Shown: positions 10,075-25,519 of the stretch, one piece after another
Numbering within the stretch: the stretch's first letter is position 1
Layout of the letters: every line of letters begins with the position of its first letter
Made by a program: the position numbers and the translations under genes
The notes under the pieces: generated by a model
What the model saw: only the letters and a program-made list of their open reading frames with translations
Database searches by the model: none
What the model was told of the DNA's origin: nothing
DNA from: an uncultured Solirubrobacterales bacterium
GTDB lineage: Bacteria > Actinomycetota > Thermoleophilia > Solirubrobacterales > Solirubrobacteraceae
DNA: 64,000 nucleotides
Assembly: GCA_963744525.1 (NCBI GenBank)
Contig: CAVUTV010000015.1
Coordinates: 16,624 to 80,623 of the forward strand
Reading direction: 5' to 3'

Positions 10075-10959
10075 TCACGCGCACGCCGCCACGCGCAGAC
10101 GCTCTAGTGCGGCGGCCTCGATCTGACGCACGCGCTCGGCGCTCACACCGAGTGTCTCGGCGACGTCGCGCAGGGTCTGCGCTTCGGTGCCGATTCCGAA
10201 GCGAGCACAGATGACAGTTCGCTCGCGGTCGCTGATCGCCGCGAGCAGCCGCGGCAGCTCAGCCACCAGGACCCGATCGGTCGCGGCCTCGTATGGCTCC
10301 GCCCCAACCGGATCGGCGAGCAACTCGCCCACCGTCGCCCCACCTCCGCTCTGTCCGCCGGCCGGCTCATCCAGGCCCCGCGCAGGCCGCTCGATCCGCA
10401 GCAGGCTTTGCACCTGGGTGCAGGTCAGATCGACAGCGCTCGCCAGCTCTTGGCAGCTGGGCTCGCCGCCGTGGCTCTGCTCGAATCGGCGCTGGGCGTC
10501 GCGGATCCGCGCGAGCTGGCGAAAGGCGCGATCGGACAGCACGCTGGGCCGCGACCGCTCCGAGACGAGTTGTTGCATCGCCTGGCGCACCCACCACGAG
10601 GCGTAGGCCCAGAACGGAACACCGAGGTCCGGGTCAAAGCGCTCAAGCGCGCGAAGCAGACCGACGACGCCGTCCTGCATCAGCTCGTTCCACTCGATCG
10701 AGCTGGACCTGCCGTAGATGCGGGCGAGTCCGGCGATCGAGGGCATGAATACCTCGATCAGCCGCTCGCGCTCGCACGTGCCGCCCTGCTGGGCGTCGAC
10801 GACTATCGGGCGCTCACCGTCCGAGAACCACCGGCTCCGCAGCCGGGGCGGTGCGTTGCGTCGTGCGTGTGGGCCCCGCGCCGGGAATGATCCGGTGCGG
10901 GTCGGAAATGATGGGGGTCGACGAGGTGGACGTATCGCCGTGGGGGATATGTTTTCCAT
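10075..10959 (-). CDS. Alternative sigma-70 family RNA polymerase sigma factor (regions 2-4)
   Basis: ELMQDGVVGLLRALERFDP, FWAYASWWVRQAM (2.3/2.4), TLRDVAETLGVSAERVRQIE (4.2); start uncertain. Confidence 0.9.
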   Translation of the reverse strand: MENISPTAIRPPRRPPSFPTRTGSFPARGPHARRNAPPRLRSRWFSDGERPIVVDAQQGGTCERERLIEVFMPSIAGLARIYGRSSSIEWNELMQDGVVGLLRALERFDPDLGVPFWAYASWWVRQAMQQLVSERSRPSVLSDRAFRQLARIRDAQRRFEQSHGGEPSCQELASAVDLTCTQVQSLLRIERPARGLDEPAGGQSGGGATVGELLADPVGAEPYEAATDRVLVAELPRLLAAISDRERTVICARFGIGTEAQTLRDVAETLGVSAERVRQIEAAALERLRVAACA

Positions 10960-11016
10960 GTCCACACCGTTGCCCGAGGACGGCGAGGTCAGCATGGCGC
11001 ATGCACCACAGATCGA

Positions 11017-11032
11017 GTGGGGAAAACCCCAC
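11017..11032. promoter_or_regulatory. Inverted repeat GTGGGG-AAAA-CCCCAC, candidate NarL/LuxR-type operator
   Basis: Perfect 6-bp arms in the divergent sigma/response-regulator intergenic region. Confidence 0.45.
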
Positions 11033-11164
11033 AAACGACGTAGAGTGGCCTCAAGCCGGACGCGCGGTGATGCCCCCAGAGGTCGCCTGTCGCCAACCAC
11101 CCGGAGCAGAATTCCGCCCAGGGCCATTTACCCGACAGCCGTGGAGGAATAGGTTGCACGGGCG

Positions 11165-11827
11165 GTGATCACGCATAAGGCGCTCCGAGTCGTCGTCGGG
11201 GAAGACCAACCACTCGTGCGCGAGGGCGTTGTCCACGTTCTCAGCGACGCCGGCCTCGACGTCGTCGCCGTGGCGGCCGACGCCGAGGACCTGATCCGAA
11301 AGGTACGGGCGCACAAGCCTGACGTCGTCGTGACCGATATCCAGATGCCGCCGGAAGGCACAGATGACGGGCTTCGGGCCGCGCAGCAGATTCGCTCGAG
11401 CATGCCCGAGGTCGGGGTGCTCGTGCTATCGCAGTTTCTCGAGGATCGTTACGCGCTCAAGCTGCTGGGCGATCGTCCCGACGGAGTCGGATATCTGCTG
11501 AAGCAGCGGGTCGGGGACGTGCCGAGCTTCGTCGAGGCGGTCCGGCGCGTGGCTGGCGGCGGCACCGTTCTCGACCCTGATGTAGTGGCCAGGTTGGTCG
11601 GCCGGCGTCGCCGGCGCAGCGCAATCGGTGATCTGAGCCCCCGCGAGCGCGAGGTACTCGCGCTGATGGCCGAGGGTCGCTCCAATCGCTCGATCGCCGA
11701 CTCGCTCGTCGTCACAGTGCCGGCGGTCGAGCGTCACGTGACCAGCATCTTCGCCAAGCTCGGACTACCTCAATCCTCAGACGATCACCGCCGAGTCCTG
11801 GCCGTGATCGAGTATCTCCATCGCTAA
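11165..11827 (+). CDS. NarL/LuxR family response regulator
   Basis: VVVGEDQ, DVVVTDIQMPP, GYLLK, LSPREREVL.LMAEGRSN..IA HTH. Confidence 0.95.
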   Translation: MITHKALRVVVGEDQPLVREGVVHVLSDAGLDVVAVAADAEDLIRKVRAHKPDVVVTDIQMPPEGTDDGLRAAQQIRSSMPEVGVLVLSQFLEDRYALKLLGDRPDGVGYLLKQRVGDVPSFVEAVRRVAGGGTVLDPDVVARLVGRRRRRSAIGDLSPREREVLALMAEGRSNRSIADSLVVTVPAVERHVTSIFAKLGLPQSSDDHRRVLAVIEYLHR

Positions 11828-11929
11828 CGCGAAAGACACATATCACTGGGCAGCCATGAGTACGCTGAATTGGCGGCGGGAGTAGCCTGCGCCTGCGTTC
11901 TTGGTCCCGCTGTCGAGAAGGGACCGAGG

Positions 11930-12592
11930 ATGGGCGAGCGCCAAGCCGAAGAGCCCGATCAGCCCAGCCGAGAGATCGCCCAGCGCGTTCTCGCAGCGAC
12001 AGACCGGGCACGACGGAAACTCGCCCGGGATCTCCATGACGGTGCCCAGCAGAAGTTCGTCACGGCGGTGATCAACCTGCAACTGGCGCAGTCCAGGTTC
12101 TCCTCGGATCCGCAGCGGGCAGAGCGCCATCTGGAGACCGCCCTGCGCCAGGCGACAGCGGGGCTCGACGAGCTCCGCGAATTCGTCTCGGGCATCCATC
12201 CGCCGGTTCTCGTGCACCTCGGCTTGAGCGCGGCGGTCGGGTCGCTGGCGGATGGGTTTCCGATCCCTCTGGAACTCGACATCACCGATCGGCGGCTACC
12301 GGCGGCCACTGAGGAGAGCGTCTACTTCTTCATCTCCGAAGCGCTGGCGAACGTGGCCAAGCACGCGCATGCGAACGTAGCGAGGATCCGAGTCGTGGCC
12401 ACCATCACTCTGCTGACGGTAGAGGTGAGCGATGACGGGATCGGCGGAGCGACGATGACCGTCGCCGGCAGCGGGATGATAGGCCTGGCGGACCGTGTCG
12501 AGGCCCTGGGCGGGGACTTTGCGTTCGAGAGCCCGCCGTCGAGCGGGACGGTGGTGCGAGGGACGATCCCGCTGCCGGCCGAGCTGCTCTAG
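11930..12592 (+). CDS. HisKA_3 histidine kinase with no evident sensor or TM domain
   Basis: RDLHDGAQQ H-box, EALANVAKHA N-box, VSDDGIGGA, GSGMIGLADRVEALGG. Confidence 0.88.
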   Translation: MGERQAEEPDQPSREIAQRVLAATDRARRKLARDLHDGAQQKFVTAVINLQLAQSRFSSDPQRAERHLETALRQATAGLDELREFVSGIHPPVLVHLGLSAAVGSLADGFPIPLELDITDRRLPAATEESVYFFISEALANVAKHAHANVARIRVVATITLLTVEVSDDGIGGATMTVAGSGMIGLADRVEALGGDFAFESPPSSGTVVRGTIPLPAELL

Positions 12593-12633
12593 TACGCGCG
12601 CACGCCACACGCTCAGTGGTGCCTTCGCAATGG

Positions 12634-15271
<2,638 letters not shown>

Positions 15272-15290
<19 letters not shown>

Positions 15291-15654
15291 GTGATCACCT
15301 CGTGCCTGGCGTGTGTCGGTTTCAAGGGCGCGGTGCGGCGCAGCCGCCGCTCAAGCTCGTCGATCCGCGCCAGCAGCTCGCAGGCGAGCACCGCGCCGGC
15401 GTAGTTGAGCCCGAGATCGCGCCGCAGCCTGACCGCGCGCCCGAGCGCAGCAGCGCGGCGTCCTGGCGCCGGAACAGCGGCGCCGCGGCGCGTGCCGCCG
15501 CGCGGGCTCGACCAGCCCGAGCGCGATCAGGCGGCGGACCAGCTCCGGGTGGAGCCCGGCCCGCCGGGCGAGCGCGTCGATCCCGATCAGGCCGCAACCC
15601 CGCGTGGCGAGCCGGGTGCCGGTACGCGTGGAGGTTCTCGTCGCTGCTCGCCAT
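15272..15654 (-). CDS. cbpM: Chaperone modulator CbpM / MerR_2-type protein (frameshifted)
   Basis: Reconstructed across frames: LARRAGLHPELVRRLIALGLVEP ... RLRRDLGLNYAGAVLACELLARIDELERRL; overlaps dnaJ stop. Confidence 0.75.
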
Positions 15655-16595
15655 CAGCCGACTCCGGCGCGGGTCGAACTTCGACACCGCGGCGAGCTGC
15701 TCGAACAGCTCGCGTTCCTCGCTTGGTCAGCTTCTTGGGCACCTGGATCGTGACGACCGCGTACAGGTCGCCGGGCGCGTCCAGCGTTGCCCGGGAGTCC
15801 CTGCCCGCGCAGCCGCAGCCTGCGACCGCTGGAGGAGCCCGGCGGCACCTTGACGCCGGGCGTGCCGTCGAGCGTCGGCACCGGGACCTCGGCGCCGAGC
15901 GCCGCCTCCCACGGCGTCACCGGGAGATCGACGTACAGGTCGCGGCCCTCGACGCGAAAGCGCGGGTGCGGCCTGAGCCGAACGCGCAGGAACAGGTCGC
16001 CGGACGGCGCCGCCCCCGATGCCCTCGCCACCCTGCCCGGCCAGCCGGATCCGCTGCCCGTCGCGCACTCCCGGCGGAATGTCGACCTCGAACTCGCGCC
16101 CGTCACCCAGCGACAGCCGCCGCTTGCCACCGCGCGCGGCCTCCTCGAGCGTCAGCTCGAGCACCGCCTCCTGGTCGTCCGCCGCGCACCGAGAAGCCCT
16201 CGAATCCGGCGCGACCGGCGCGACCGCGCCGTCCGCGCGCGCCGAACAGTCCCTCGAACAGGTCGCCGAAGTCGCCGCCCGACCGAAGTCGACGCGCACG
16301 TCGCGAAAGCCGTACCGGCGTCGAACCCGTCCCCGTCCCCCGTCGGGCCGCCGGCCGGGTCCTGTCCCGCTCGCCAGTTCGTGCCGAGGCGGTCGTAGCG
16401 CTCGCGCTTCTCCGGATCGCGCAGCACCTCGTAGGCCTCGGAGATCTCCTTGAAGCGGTCCTCGGCGCCCGGCTCCTTGTTCACGTCGGGGTGGTACTGG
16501 CGCGCGAGCTTGCGGTACGCGCGGCGGATCTCATCGGCGCTCGCGTCGCGCGGTACGCCCAGCGCCTCGTAGTAGTCCTGAGACGCGACCGCCAT
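15654..16595 (-). CDS. Class-B J-domain protein (DnaJ/CbpA-like, no Zn finger; frameshifted)
   Basis: [51 protein letters not shown]. Confidence 0.9.
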
Positions 16596-17110
16596 CAGTG
16601 CGCGTGCTCGGGGTGCGCGCGACAACGACCTGCGCCGGGCGGATCACGCGGTCGCCGAGCGCAAAGCCCGACCGCTCGACGGCGACGATCGTGCGGTCGG
16701 GCACCTCGTCTGACGCTGCACAGCGATCGCCTCGTGACGCTCCGGGTCGAAGCGCTCGCCGGGCGCGCCGATCCGCTGGGCGCCCTGCCGGGCGAGGACC
16801 GCCTCCATCTGCTCGAGCACCGCGCGCAGGCCGTCGCGCACGGCCCTCCGGCTCCATCCGCAGCGCGCGCTCGACGCTGTCGACAGCGTCGAGCCAGTCG
16901 CGCAGCACCGACTCCCTGGCGTCGGCCACGCGCCGCTCGATCTCGCGCGCCGCAGCGCTTGCGGTAGTTGTCGAGGTCGGCCAGCGCGCGCTTGTAGCGA
17001 TCCTCGATCGGCGCGAGCTCGGCGCCAGGTCGCCCGCGTCGTCGGCCGACGTTGGCCGGCTCGGGACCGGCGGCTGGGAGTCCGGTGGACGTGCCGGCTC
17101 CGTGCCCGTC

Positions 17111-17133
<23 letters not shown>
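16595..17133 (-). CDS. grpE: Nucleotide exchange factor GrpE (frameshifted)
   Basis: [52 protein letters not shown] across frames. Confidence 0.88.
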
Positions 17134-19162
<2,029 letters not shown>

Positions 19163-19202
19163 GTACGACCGCCGAGAGGGTTCCCAACCGCGAAGGAGCA
19201 AC

Positions 19203-19670
19203 ATGGCTCTCCCAGTCCGACGCAGCGAGGTCGTCTCGTCCCAACCCCTCGCAGCGCTGGGAGCCGTTCCGCGAACTCGAGCAGCTCCACGAGCAGATGG
19301 ACCGGCTGATGGAAGGAGTGGTCCCGGCCGCAGCGGGCAACGGCGGCACCTGGATGCCGGTCGCCGACATCGAGGAGACCGACGACGCCTGGATCGTCGA
19401 AGCAGAGCTGCCGGGCGTCGATCGCAAGGACGTGAACGTCGAGCTGCGCGACTCCGAGCTGATGATCACCGGTGAGATCAAGGAGAAGGAGCGCAAGGGG
19501 ATCCTGCGCCGGCGAACGCGCCGCACCGGCGGTTCGAGTACCGCGTCGTGCTGCCCGGGCAGTCCACCGACGAGCAGATCGAAGCGAACCTGCACGACGG
19601 CGTCCTCACGGTGCGCGTGCCCAAGACCGAACAGGCGCGGGCTCGTCGGATCGAAGTTACGGAAGGCTGA
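19203..19670 (+). CDS. Small heat-shock protein Hsp20 (frameshifted)
   Basis: AAGGAG RBS; WEPFRELEQL, PVADIEETDD, AELPGV, FEYRVVLPG, ANLHDGVLTVRVPK. Confidence 0.92.
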
Positions 19671-19955
19671 GTGCCGGCAGCCGCGGCCTCCCCGCGCCAG
19701 AATCCCCCGCCCGGCTGGCACCGGGCGGGGCAGTCCCTGGTCCGCGAACTGGCGTTCCGTGACTTCGATCAGGCGGTCGCGTTTGTGGAGCAGATCGCGA
19801 GGGCCGGAGAGGACTATCTGCGCCGGCCTGACATGTGCATCCTGGACTTCAATCACGTACGGCTGAGCATCAGCAACCCGCACCACGCCGGACTTACGCC
19901 GGCAGAGATGCGCCTCGCGGCCAAGGTCAATGCGGTTATCGACCGTCCGCAATGA
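19671..19955 (+). CDS. Pterin-4-alpha-carbinolamine dehydratase-like protein
   Basis: PGW...LVRELAFRDFDQAVAFVEQIA..E...RRPD....V...GLT.AE..LAAKVN; the usual HHP motif reads RRP. Confidence 0.75.
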   Translation: MPAAAASPRQNPPPGWHRAGQSLVRELAFRDFDQAVAFVEQIARAGEDYLRRPDMCILDFNHVRLSISNPHHAGLTPAEMRLAAKVNAVIDRPQ

Positions 19956-19987
19956 CGGTCCAGCCGGGGACCACCGGAGACGAGAGG

Positions 19988-20012
19988 GTTGTTCGCTCCC
20001 TGGTCCGGCCTA
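19988..20012 (+). promoter_or_regulatory. Candidate promoter GTTG-N17-CCTA (baeRF gene)
   Basis: GTTG ttcgctccctggtccgg CCTA ccaa, 18 bp before ATG 20031. Confidence 0.6.
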
Positions 20013-20030
20013 CCAACAGAAGCGATCGTG

Positions 20031-21251
20031 ATGAGCTCAGGCCCAGCCGACACCACCGTGCGCCCGGCTGCTGATGCGGACGACCAGCCGGTCAACCGGC
20101 GGACGATCGATCGCCTGGCCCACTTTCACGGCGGCGAGCTTCCCGTCGTCTCGATTTACATCAGCCTACCCCCCGGCTCGGACCCGCGCGGGACGGCGCG
20201 GACCAAGACCGACAGCCTCCTGCACCAGATCCGGAAGCTCGGCGCGGCCCGCTCACCCTCGACATGCCGCTCGCCAGTCGGTGCGAACCGACATCGAGCG
20301 AATCGAGGCCCGGGCGCGGAGCGGAGCGCTCAGACCCGGGACGCTGGCGATCTTCAGTTGCGGCGGAGCAGGGCTGTTCGAGACCGTTCAACTCCCGCGG
20401 CCGCTCCGAGACCGGCTCATGGTCGATGCGACGCCGTGGATCCGTCCGATGCTGGCGGTGCTAGACGAGTACCGCCGCTGCTGCACGCTCGTCTTGGATA
20501 GCGACTCAGCCCATGTGTGGGAGCTTTATCTGGGTGTGACGCGCGACGCGGGCAACCTGCACCTGCGCAACCCGCCACCGCGAAGCCGGCGTGGGCTGTC
20601 CGCTCGCAGCGACAGCGACAAGGCGGACGAACTCACCAGGCGGCACTTCCGAGGGGTCGCGAAGGCGCTCGAGCAGCTGTTTGCCGGCGAGCGCTACGAC
20701 GTGCTGGTCATCGGGGGTCACGAATACGAGCTGCCGGGCTTTCTCGACCTTCTCCCCCGCCAGCTGCGCGAGCAAGTCGTCGGGACGTTCTCGATCGACC
20801 CGCGCACGGCGAGCGGCGCACGGTCCGCGATCATGCGCAGGAGATCCTGGATCGCTACGAGCTCGAGGAGCAACGGCGCGGGGTGAGCAAGGTGCGCGAG
20901 GCCGCCAGCCGCCGGCGGGCTCGGCCGCGGTGGGGCTCGAGCGCTGCCTGTGGGCGGCGTCGGTGGCTGCGATTCAGACGCTGTACGTTCAGGACGGGGC
21001 GGTCGCACCTGGAGTCGTGTGCGATCAATCCGGATGGCTCGCGACCAGCGGAGACAGGTGTCCACTATGCGGAGGGCCGATGCGTGAAACACCGGACGTG
21101 ATCGAGGCGCTGGCCGAGGCCGTGATCGACGAGGGCGGCGCGGTCCATCACGTTCGGCGATCCGACCGTGCTCGAGCGCGAGCTGGCGGCCTCGTCACTG
21201 CGCTTCGCGCTCCCGGGCATGCCCGAGATCACTGGCGGGGTCGGGGCATGA
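20031..21251 (+). CDS. Bacterial aeRF1/eRF1-like release factor family protein (baeRF10-like; frameshifted)
   Basis: PVVSIYI, LAIFSC, VDATPWIRPMLAVLDEY, RRHFRGVA, LVIGG, Zn-ribbon C...CPLCG, DVIEALAEAVIDEGGAV, LRF C-terminus. Confidence 0.75.
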
Positions 21252-21531
21252 GCGTCTCATTTGGCGCCCGGCCCGCGGGATGCACTCACCTTTCACTGAT
21301 TCGACCCGTCGTCCCGCGAACCCCGCGGGCTGCGAGGAGTGCCTGCGTGACCGGCGTCGCGGTGGCTGCATCTCCGGCTGTGCCTGACCTGCGGTCATGT
21401 CGGCTGCTGCGACTCCTCGCCGGGCCGCCACGCGAGCCGGCATGCCCATGTCGTCGGCCATCCGATCGTCCAGTCGTTCGCAGCCCGGAGAGGACTGGCG
21501 CTGGTGCTACGTCGACGAGACGTACGTCTGA
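21248..21531 (+). CDS. UBP-type zinc-finger protein (frameshifted)
   Basis: CTHL...GCEECL...WLHLRLCLTCGHVGCCDSSPGRHA..H...GHPIVQSF...[10 protein letters not shown]. Confidence 0.88.
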
Positions 21532-23242
21532 GCGAGTCGAACGCCTGCGGGCTGGCCGCTGAGGAACTGGTGCACCTGGCGGATCGCGATGGCGCCGTCG
21601 CCGACCGCGGCAGCGACACGCTGCGTCGAGCCGCTGCGCACGTCGCCGGCGGCGAACACGCCGGGCAGGCTCGTCTCCAGCAGCTGCGGCGTGGGCGCCG
21701 CCGCGCCGTTGTCGTCCGTCAGCGAGGACGAGCGCCGCCGCGGCGTCCGTGGCCGGTGAGGACGTAGCCGCCGTCGTCGAGCGCGACGTGCCGCGGAGCC
21801 ACTCGGTGTGCGGCTCGCGCGCCGATGAACACGAACAGCGCGCGCGCGTCGACGCTGCGGCGCTCGCCGGTCTGAGGTGTCCTCGACGACGACGGCCTCG
21901 AGCGCGTCGTCGCCGATCAGCTCGCGGACCTCGCAGTGCGTGAGCACGGTCGATCGACGGCGTGGTCCGCGATCCGATCGGCGAGGTAGCGCGACATGTT
22001 CTCGTCCGAGGCTCCGCTCGCGAACGACGAGGGTCAGGCGCGGCACGTACCGGGCGACAGCAACAGCGTCGCCTGTCCGGCGGAGTTGCCGCCGCCGACG
22101 GCGACGACCGGCTCGCCGCGGCACAGCTGCGCCTCGATCCGCGTGGCCGCGTAGTGGACGCTGATGCCCTCGAGCTCCGTCGAGATCGGCGAGCGGCAGC
22201 GTGCGGTAGCGCACGCCGGTCGGCGATCACGACCGCGCGGCCGCACCGCATCTCGCCGTCGCGCAGCCGGATCCGGAACCCGCCGTCGAGCGACTCGAGG
22301 CCGACGGCCTCGCCGGGGATGGTGATCCGCGCGCCGAACTTCTGCGCCTGGATCGTCGCGCGCTCGGCGAGCTCCCGCCGGAGATGCCGGCCGGAAAGCC
22401 GAGGTAGTTCTCGATCCGCGACGACATGCTGGCCTGCCCCCCGGTGGCCACCGACTCGAGCACGACCGTCGTGAGCCCCTCGGAGGCGCCGTACACCGCG
22501 GCCGCCAGTCCGGCCGGCCCGGCGCCGACGACGACCAGATCGGCCGTCGTCTCCGACCGGTCCGGCGCGCTGCAGTCCCAGCGCGCGCGCCAGCTCGGCA
22601 TTGCTCGGGTTGCGCAGCACTCGATCGCGGACCGAGGAGCACGACCGGGCACTCCTCCGGCCGCACGCCGAGGCGCTGCAGGATCTCCTCGGCTCCCGGA
22701 TCCGACTCGAGGTCGACCCAGTGATGCGGCAGCCGGTTGCGGATCGCGAACTCCCGCAGGCGCCGGGTATCGGGCGAGTAGCGAGAACCGACGATCCGAA
22801 AGCCGACCCCCAGCCCGATCAGGACCGCGCGCCGCATGATCAGCGCCCGCAGGATCAGGTCCCCCAGCACGACGTCCTGCGTGACGATCTCGCGCAGCCG
22901 CTCCGGGCTGACGACAAGCACCTCGCCCGGCTCGCGCACGATCGCCGTCACGAACACCGCCTGCCCGGTGATCAGTCCGAGCTCGCCGAGGAAGCGACGC
23001 GGGCCGTGGACGCCGACCACCCGCTCGCCCTCTTCGGACTCCTCGACCACGGCGACCTTCCCCGCCAGGATGACGAAGAAGTCGCAGTTGCCGTCACCCT
23101 CGCGGTAGAGGACGTCGCCGGCCTTCACCCGCCGGCGCTCGCCGACCGTCGACAGCGCCGCGATCTGCTCCTCGCTCAGCCGGGGAAACGCCCCGTAGAG
23201 GTCGGGGGTCTCGGTCAGCGCCGAGTCTGGCGTGGCGGTCAT
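21507..23242 (-). CDS. cNMP-binding-domain thioredoxin reductase-like FAD oxidoreductase (frameshifted)
   Basis: GAFPRLS, cNMP domain (LYREGD, FLGEL), [52 protein letters not shown]. Confidence 0.9.
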
Positions 23243-23268
23243 CTCAGTCGGCTCTCTCGGCGGGTGCT

Positions 23269-23293
23269 TAGGCCGAAACCCGGCCGGGTCAAT
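23269..23293 (-). promoter_or_regulatory. Candidate promoter ATTG-N17-CCTA (TrxR gene)
   Basis: Minus strand ATTG acccggccgggtttcgg CCTA agca. Confidence 0.6.
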
Positions 23294-23308
23294 CCCAGCC
23301 GTGCCGGA

Positions 23309-23333
23309 CTTGATCGGCGCACGTAGCGTCCTA
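23309..23333 (+). promoter_or_regulatory. Candidate promoter CTTG-N17-CCTA (thioredoxin gene)
   Basis: CTTG atcggcgcacgtagcgt CCTA gcga. Confidence 0.65.
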
Positions 23334-23394
23334 GCGACAGCGGTGACACGTGAGCTCCCGCCCCGCCGGGGCGAAACCGAAGGAGTGTGATGCC

Positions 23395-23833
23395 GTGCCG
23401 GGCTCCATCATCGTCTGTCCCAACTGCGGCACCAAGAACCGCGTCCGCCCGCAGGCGACCGGCGTTCCGCGCTGCAGCGTCTGCCACACCCTGCTGCCGT
23501 GGATCGTCGACGCCTCGCCGGCGGACGTTCGATGAGGAGATCACGGCGTCGGTCCCCGTCCTGGTCGATTTCTGGGCGCCCTGGTGCGGCCCGTGTCGCA
23601 TGGTCTCTCCGGCTGTCGAGAGCGTCGGCCGCGAGCACGCCGGGCGCCTGAAGGTCGTCAAGCTCAACGTCGACGAGGCGCCGCAGATCTCCGAGCGGTT
23701 CGAGATTCGCGGCATCCCGCTGCTCGTGCTGTTCCGTGACGGCGCCGAGGTCGACCGCCTCGTGGGCGCGGTGCCGCAGCAGCAGCTGCGCGAGTGGCTC
23801 GAACCGCACCTAGAGCCGGTGGGCACCGGTTAG
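23395..23833 (+). CDS. Thioredoxin with N-terminal Zn ribbon (TrxC-like; frameshift near 23520)
   Basis: CPNCG.KNRV...CSVC plus VDFWAPWCGPCRM; AAGGAG RBS. Confidence 0.92.
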
Positions 23834-23855
23834 GGGAACCGGGTACTCCCGACCG

Positions 23856-24827
23856 CTAGTCGATGAGTCCGTGACGCAGGGCGGTGGCGACCGCAGCACA
23901 TCTGTCGCTCACGCCGAGCCTGCAGTAGATGTTGTCGAAGTGCGTTTTGACGGTGGTGGCGCTGACGCCGATCTGCTCGGCGATCTCAGCCGACGTGAGG
24001 CCGTTGGAGGCCAGGCTGAGCACCTCGGCCTGCCGTGACGTGATCGAGGGCGGATCCCCGGGCTCAGCGGACATGCGTGCCTGCAGGCGCTGCGCGCTCG
24101 CCCTCGCTCGCTCTGCGCTCCGGCGAGCAGTCGTGGCTGTGTGCCGCTCGGCGAGCTCCGGGTCGCCGCGACCAGCCAGGCGGTATCGCTCGGCGCGCTC
24201 CTCGGCGAGCTCGGCGGAGCGGTCCAGCCGCTCTGCCGTTCGCAGGTGCGCAGCGACAGCCGCGGCGTAGCTGTGCGCGGGCGTGGCAACCGCCAATACC
24301 GCATCGATGCGGCCGTTCTCGCCTCGCACGGGCACGGCGTCCACCGAGTATGCGTGGCCGTAGCTGGTGAATGCGAATCGGCCTCGCTCACCGGCCAGCG
24401 CTGCCGTGTAGTTCTCGACGCACAGCCTTCGCACGGGCGTCGGCATCTCGCAGATCTCAGGCAGTTGGCGCCCCACGAATAAGCCGTCCTCGAACCATGG
24501 CAGCCGCAGGATGGACTGGCCCCGCGCGGCTTGAACGACCAGGTCCTCGTTCATCAGGAACGACGTCGGGTCCTGCAGGCGCCGCGCCCGTGCGGGGCGA
24601 TCCGCAACGCGTCCGGCAAGGATGCCAAGAGCGAGCGCCTCGCGCGCGGAGGTGTCACCGGGGAGTCTCCGCATCAGCTCGTCGAAGTCGTCTGACAGGC
24701 CGTCGAAACGATCGACCCCCGGCAGATCGAGCCCGGCGGCCGCCAACGCCGCCGCCGCACCGGCATGCTCGTGGGCTCGGTCAAGTGCCCAGACGAGCGC
24801 CGACGCAGTATTCGTTTGAAGTGTCAT
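23856..24827 (-). CDS. LuxR-family regulator with PAS-like central domain
   Basis: C-terminal ITSRQAEVL.LASNGLTS.EIAEQIGVSATTVKTHF; PAS-like AALAGE...PVRGENGRI. Confidence 0.8.
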   Translation of the reverse strand: MTLQTNTASALVWALDRAHEHAGAAAALAAAGLDLPGVDRFDGLSDDFDELMRRLPGDTSAREALALGILAGRVADRPARARRLQDPTSFLMNEDLVVQAARGQSILRLPWFEDGLFVGRQLPEICEMPTPVRRLCVENYTAALAGERGRFAFTSYGHAYSVDAVPVRGENGRIDAVLAVATPAHSYAAAVAAHLRTAERLDRSAELAEERAERYRLAGRGDPELAERHTATTARRSAERARASAQRLQARMSAEPGDPPSITSRQAEVLSLASNGLTSAEIAEQIGVSATTVKTHFDNIYCRLGVSDRCAAVATALRHGLID

Positions 24828-25519
24828 CAATCCCAGCGCAGCTCCCCCGGAACCGGCGCGGGCCAGGTGTCGAGAAGCAGTGCAGGCGGCCATCATATAC
24901 CAGCTATGTGACCGGGAAGAACGCCTGCGTCGACGGAGAACGGATGAGCGCTGCCATCCTCTTTGAGGAGGATTACCGACGATATATCCGACGGCGACGA
25001 TCGGTTGACGAACCGCGGTCGCCACCTCCGGTGCCCAGCGCGGCCGCCCTCCGCCTGGGCATGTCAGCGCTCTTACCGGATCAGCTGCACAACCGCGGCG
25101 TCAATCACCTGGTTACCACTGATGAAGATCCTCATGTTCGGAGGATTGCGCGACGCGCGCTGCCCGTCGATATTCGATGCATGGATCAGGTGGCCACGAT
25201 TGGAAGGGGCTGGAATGAGTGGCGCGAGAGAAGCGAGCGCGGAGGGCAGTCGCGTCGCGTCGCCTCGTCGCCGTGATCTGGGCGTGACCCGTTGTCCGCG
25301 GATGGTCATCCACGGTCAACTCGCGGTTTGCGAGTCCGGATCGCATGCCGGCCGTTGGCGCATGCACCGACTGACGTGGCGCGATTTGCTCGCCCGCCCG
25401 GCGGAGTAGACGAGATGCCGCGCTCGCGCCTATCGTTGGCGTCTCTGGGCCGAGCGGCGAGGAGGCTACGTGATCGGCCACCCAGCACCAGTCGTCGGGC
25501 TGTCCGAGGAATGCCTGCC

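Noticed and set aside
24944-25276. 110-codon ORF with a weak RBS between the LuxR and GGDEF genes
   Set aside because: Poor GC3 bias and no recognisable motif; cannot be supported as a CDS
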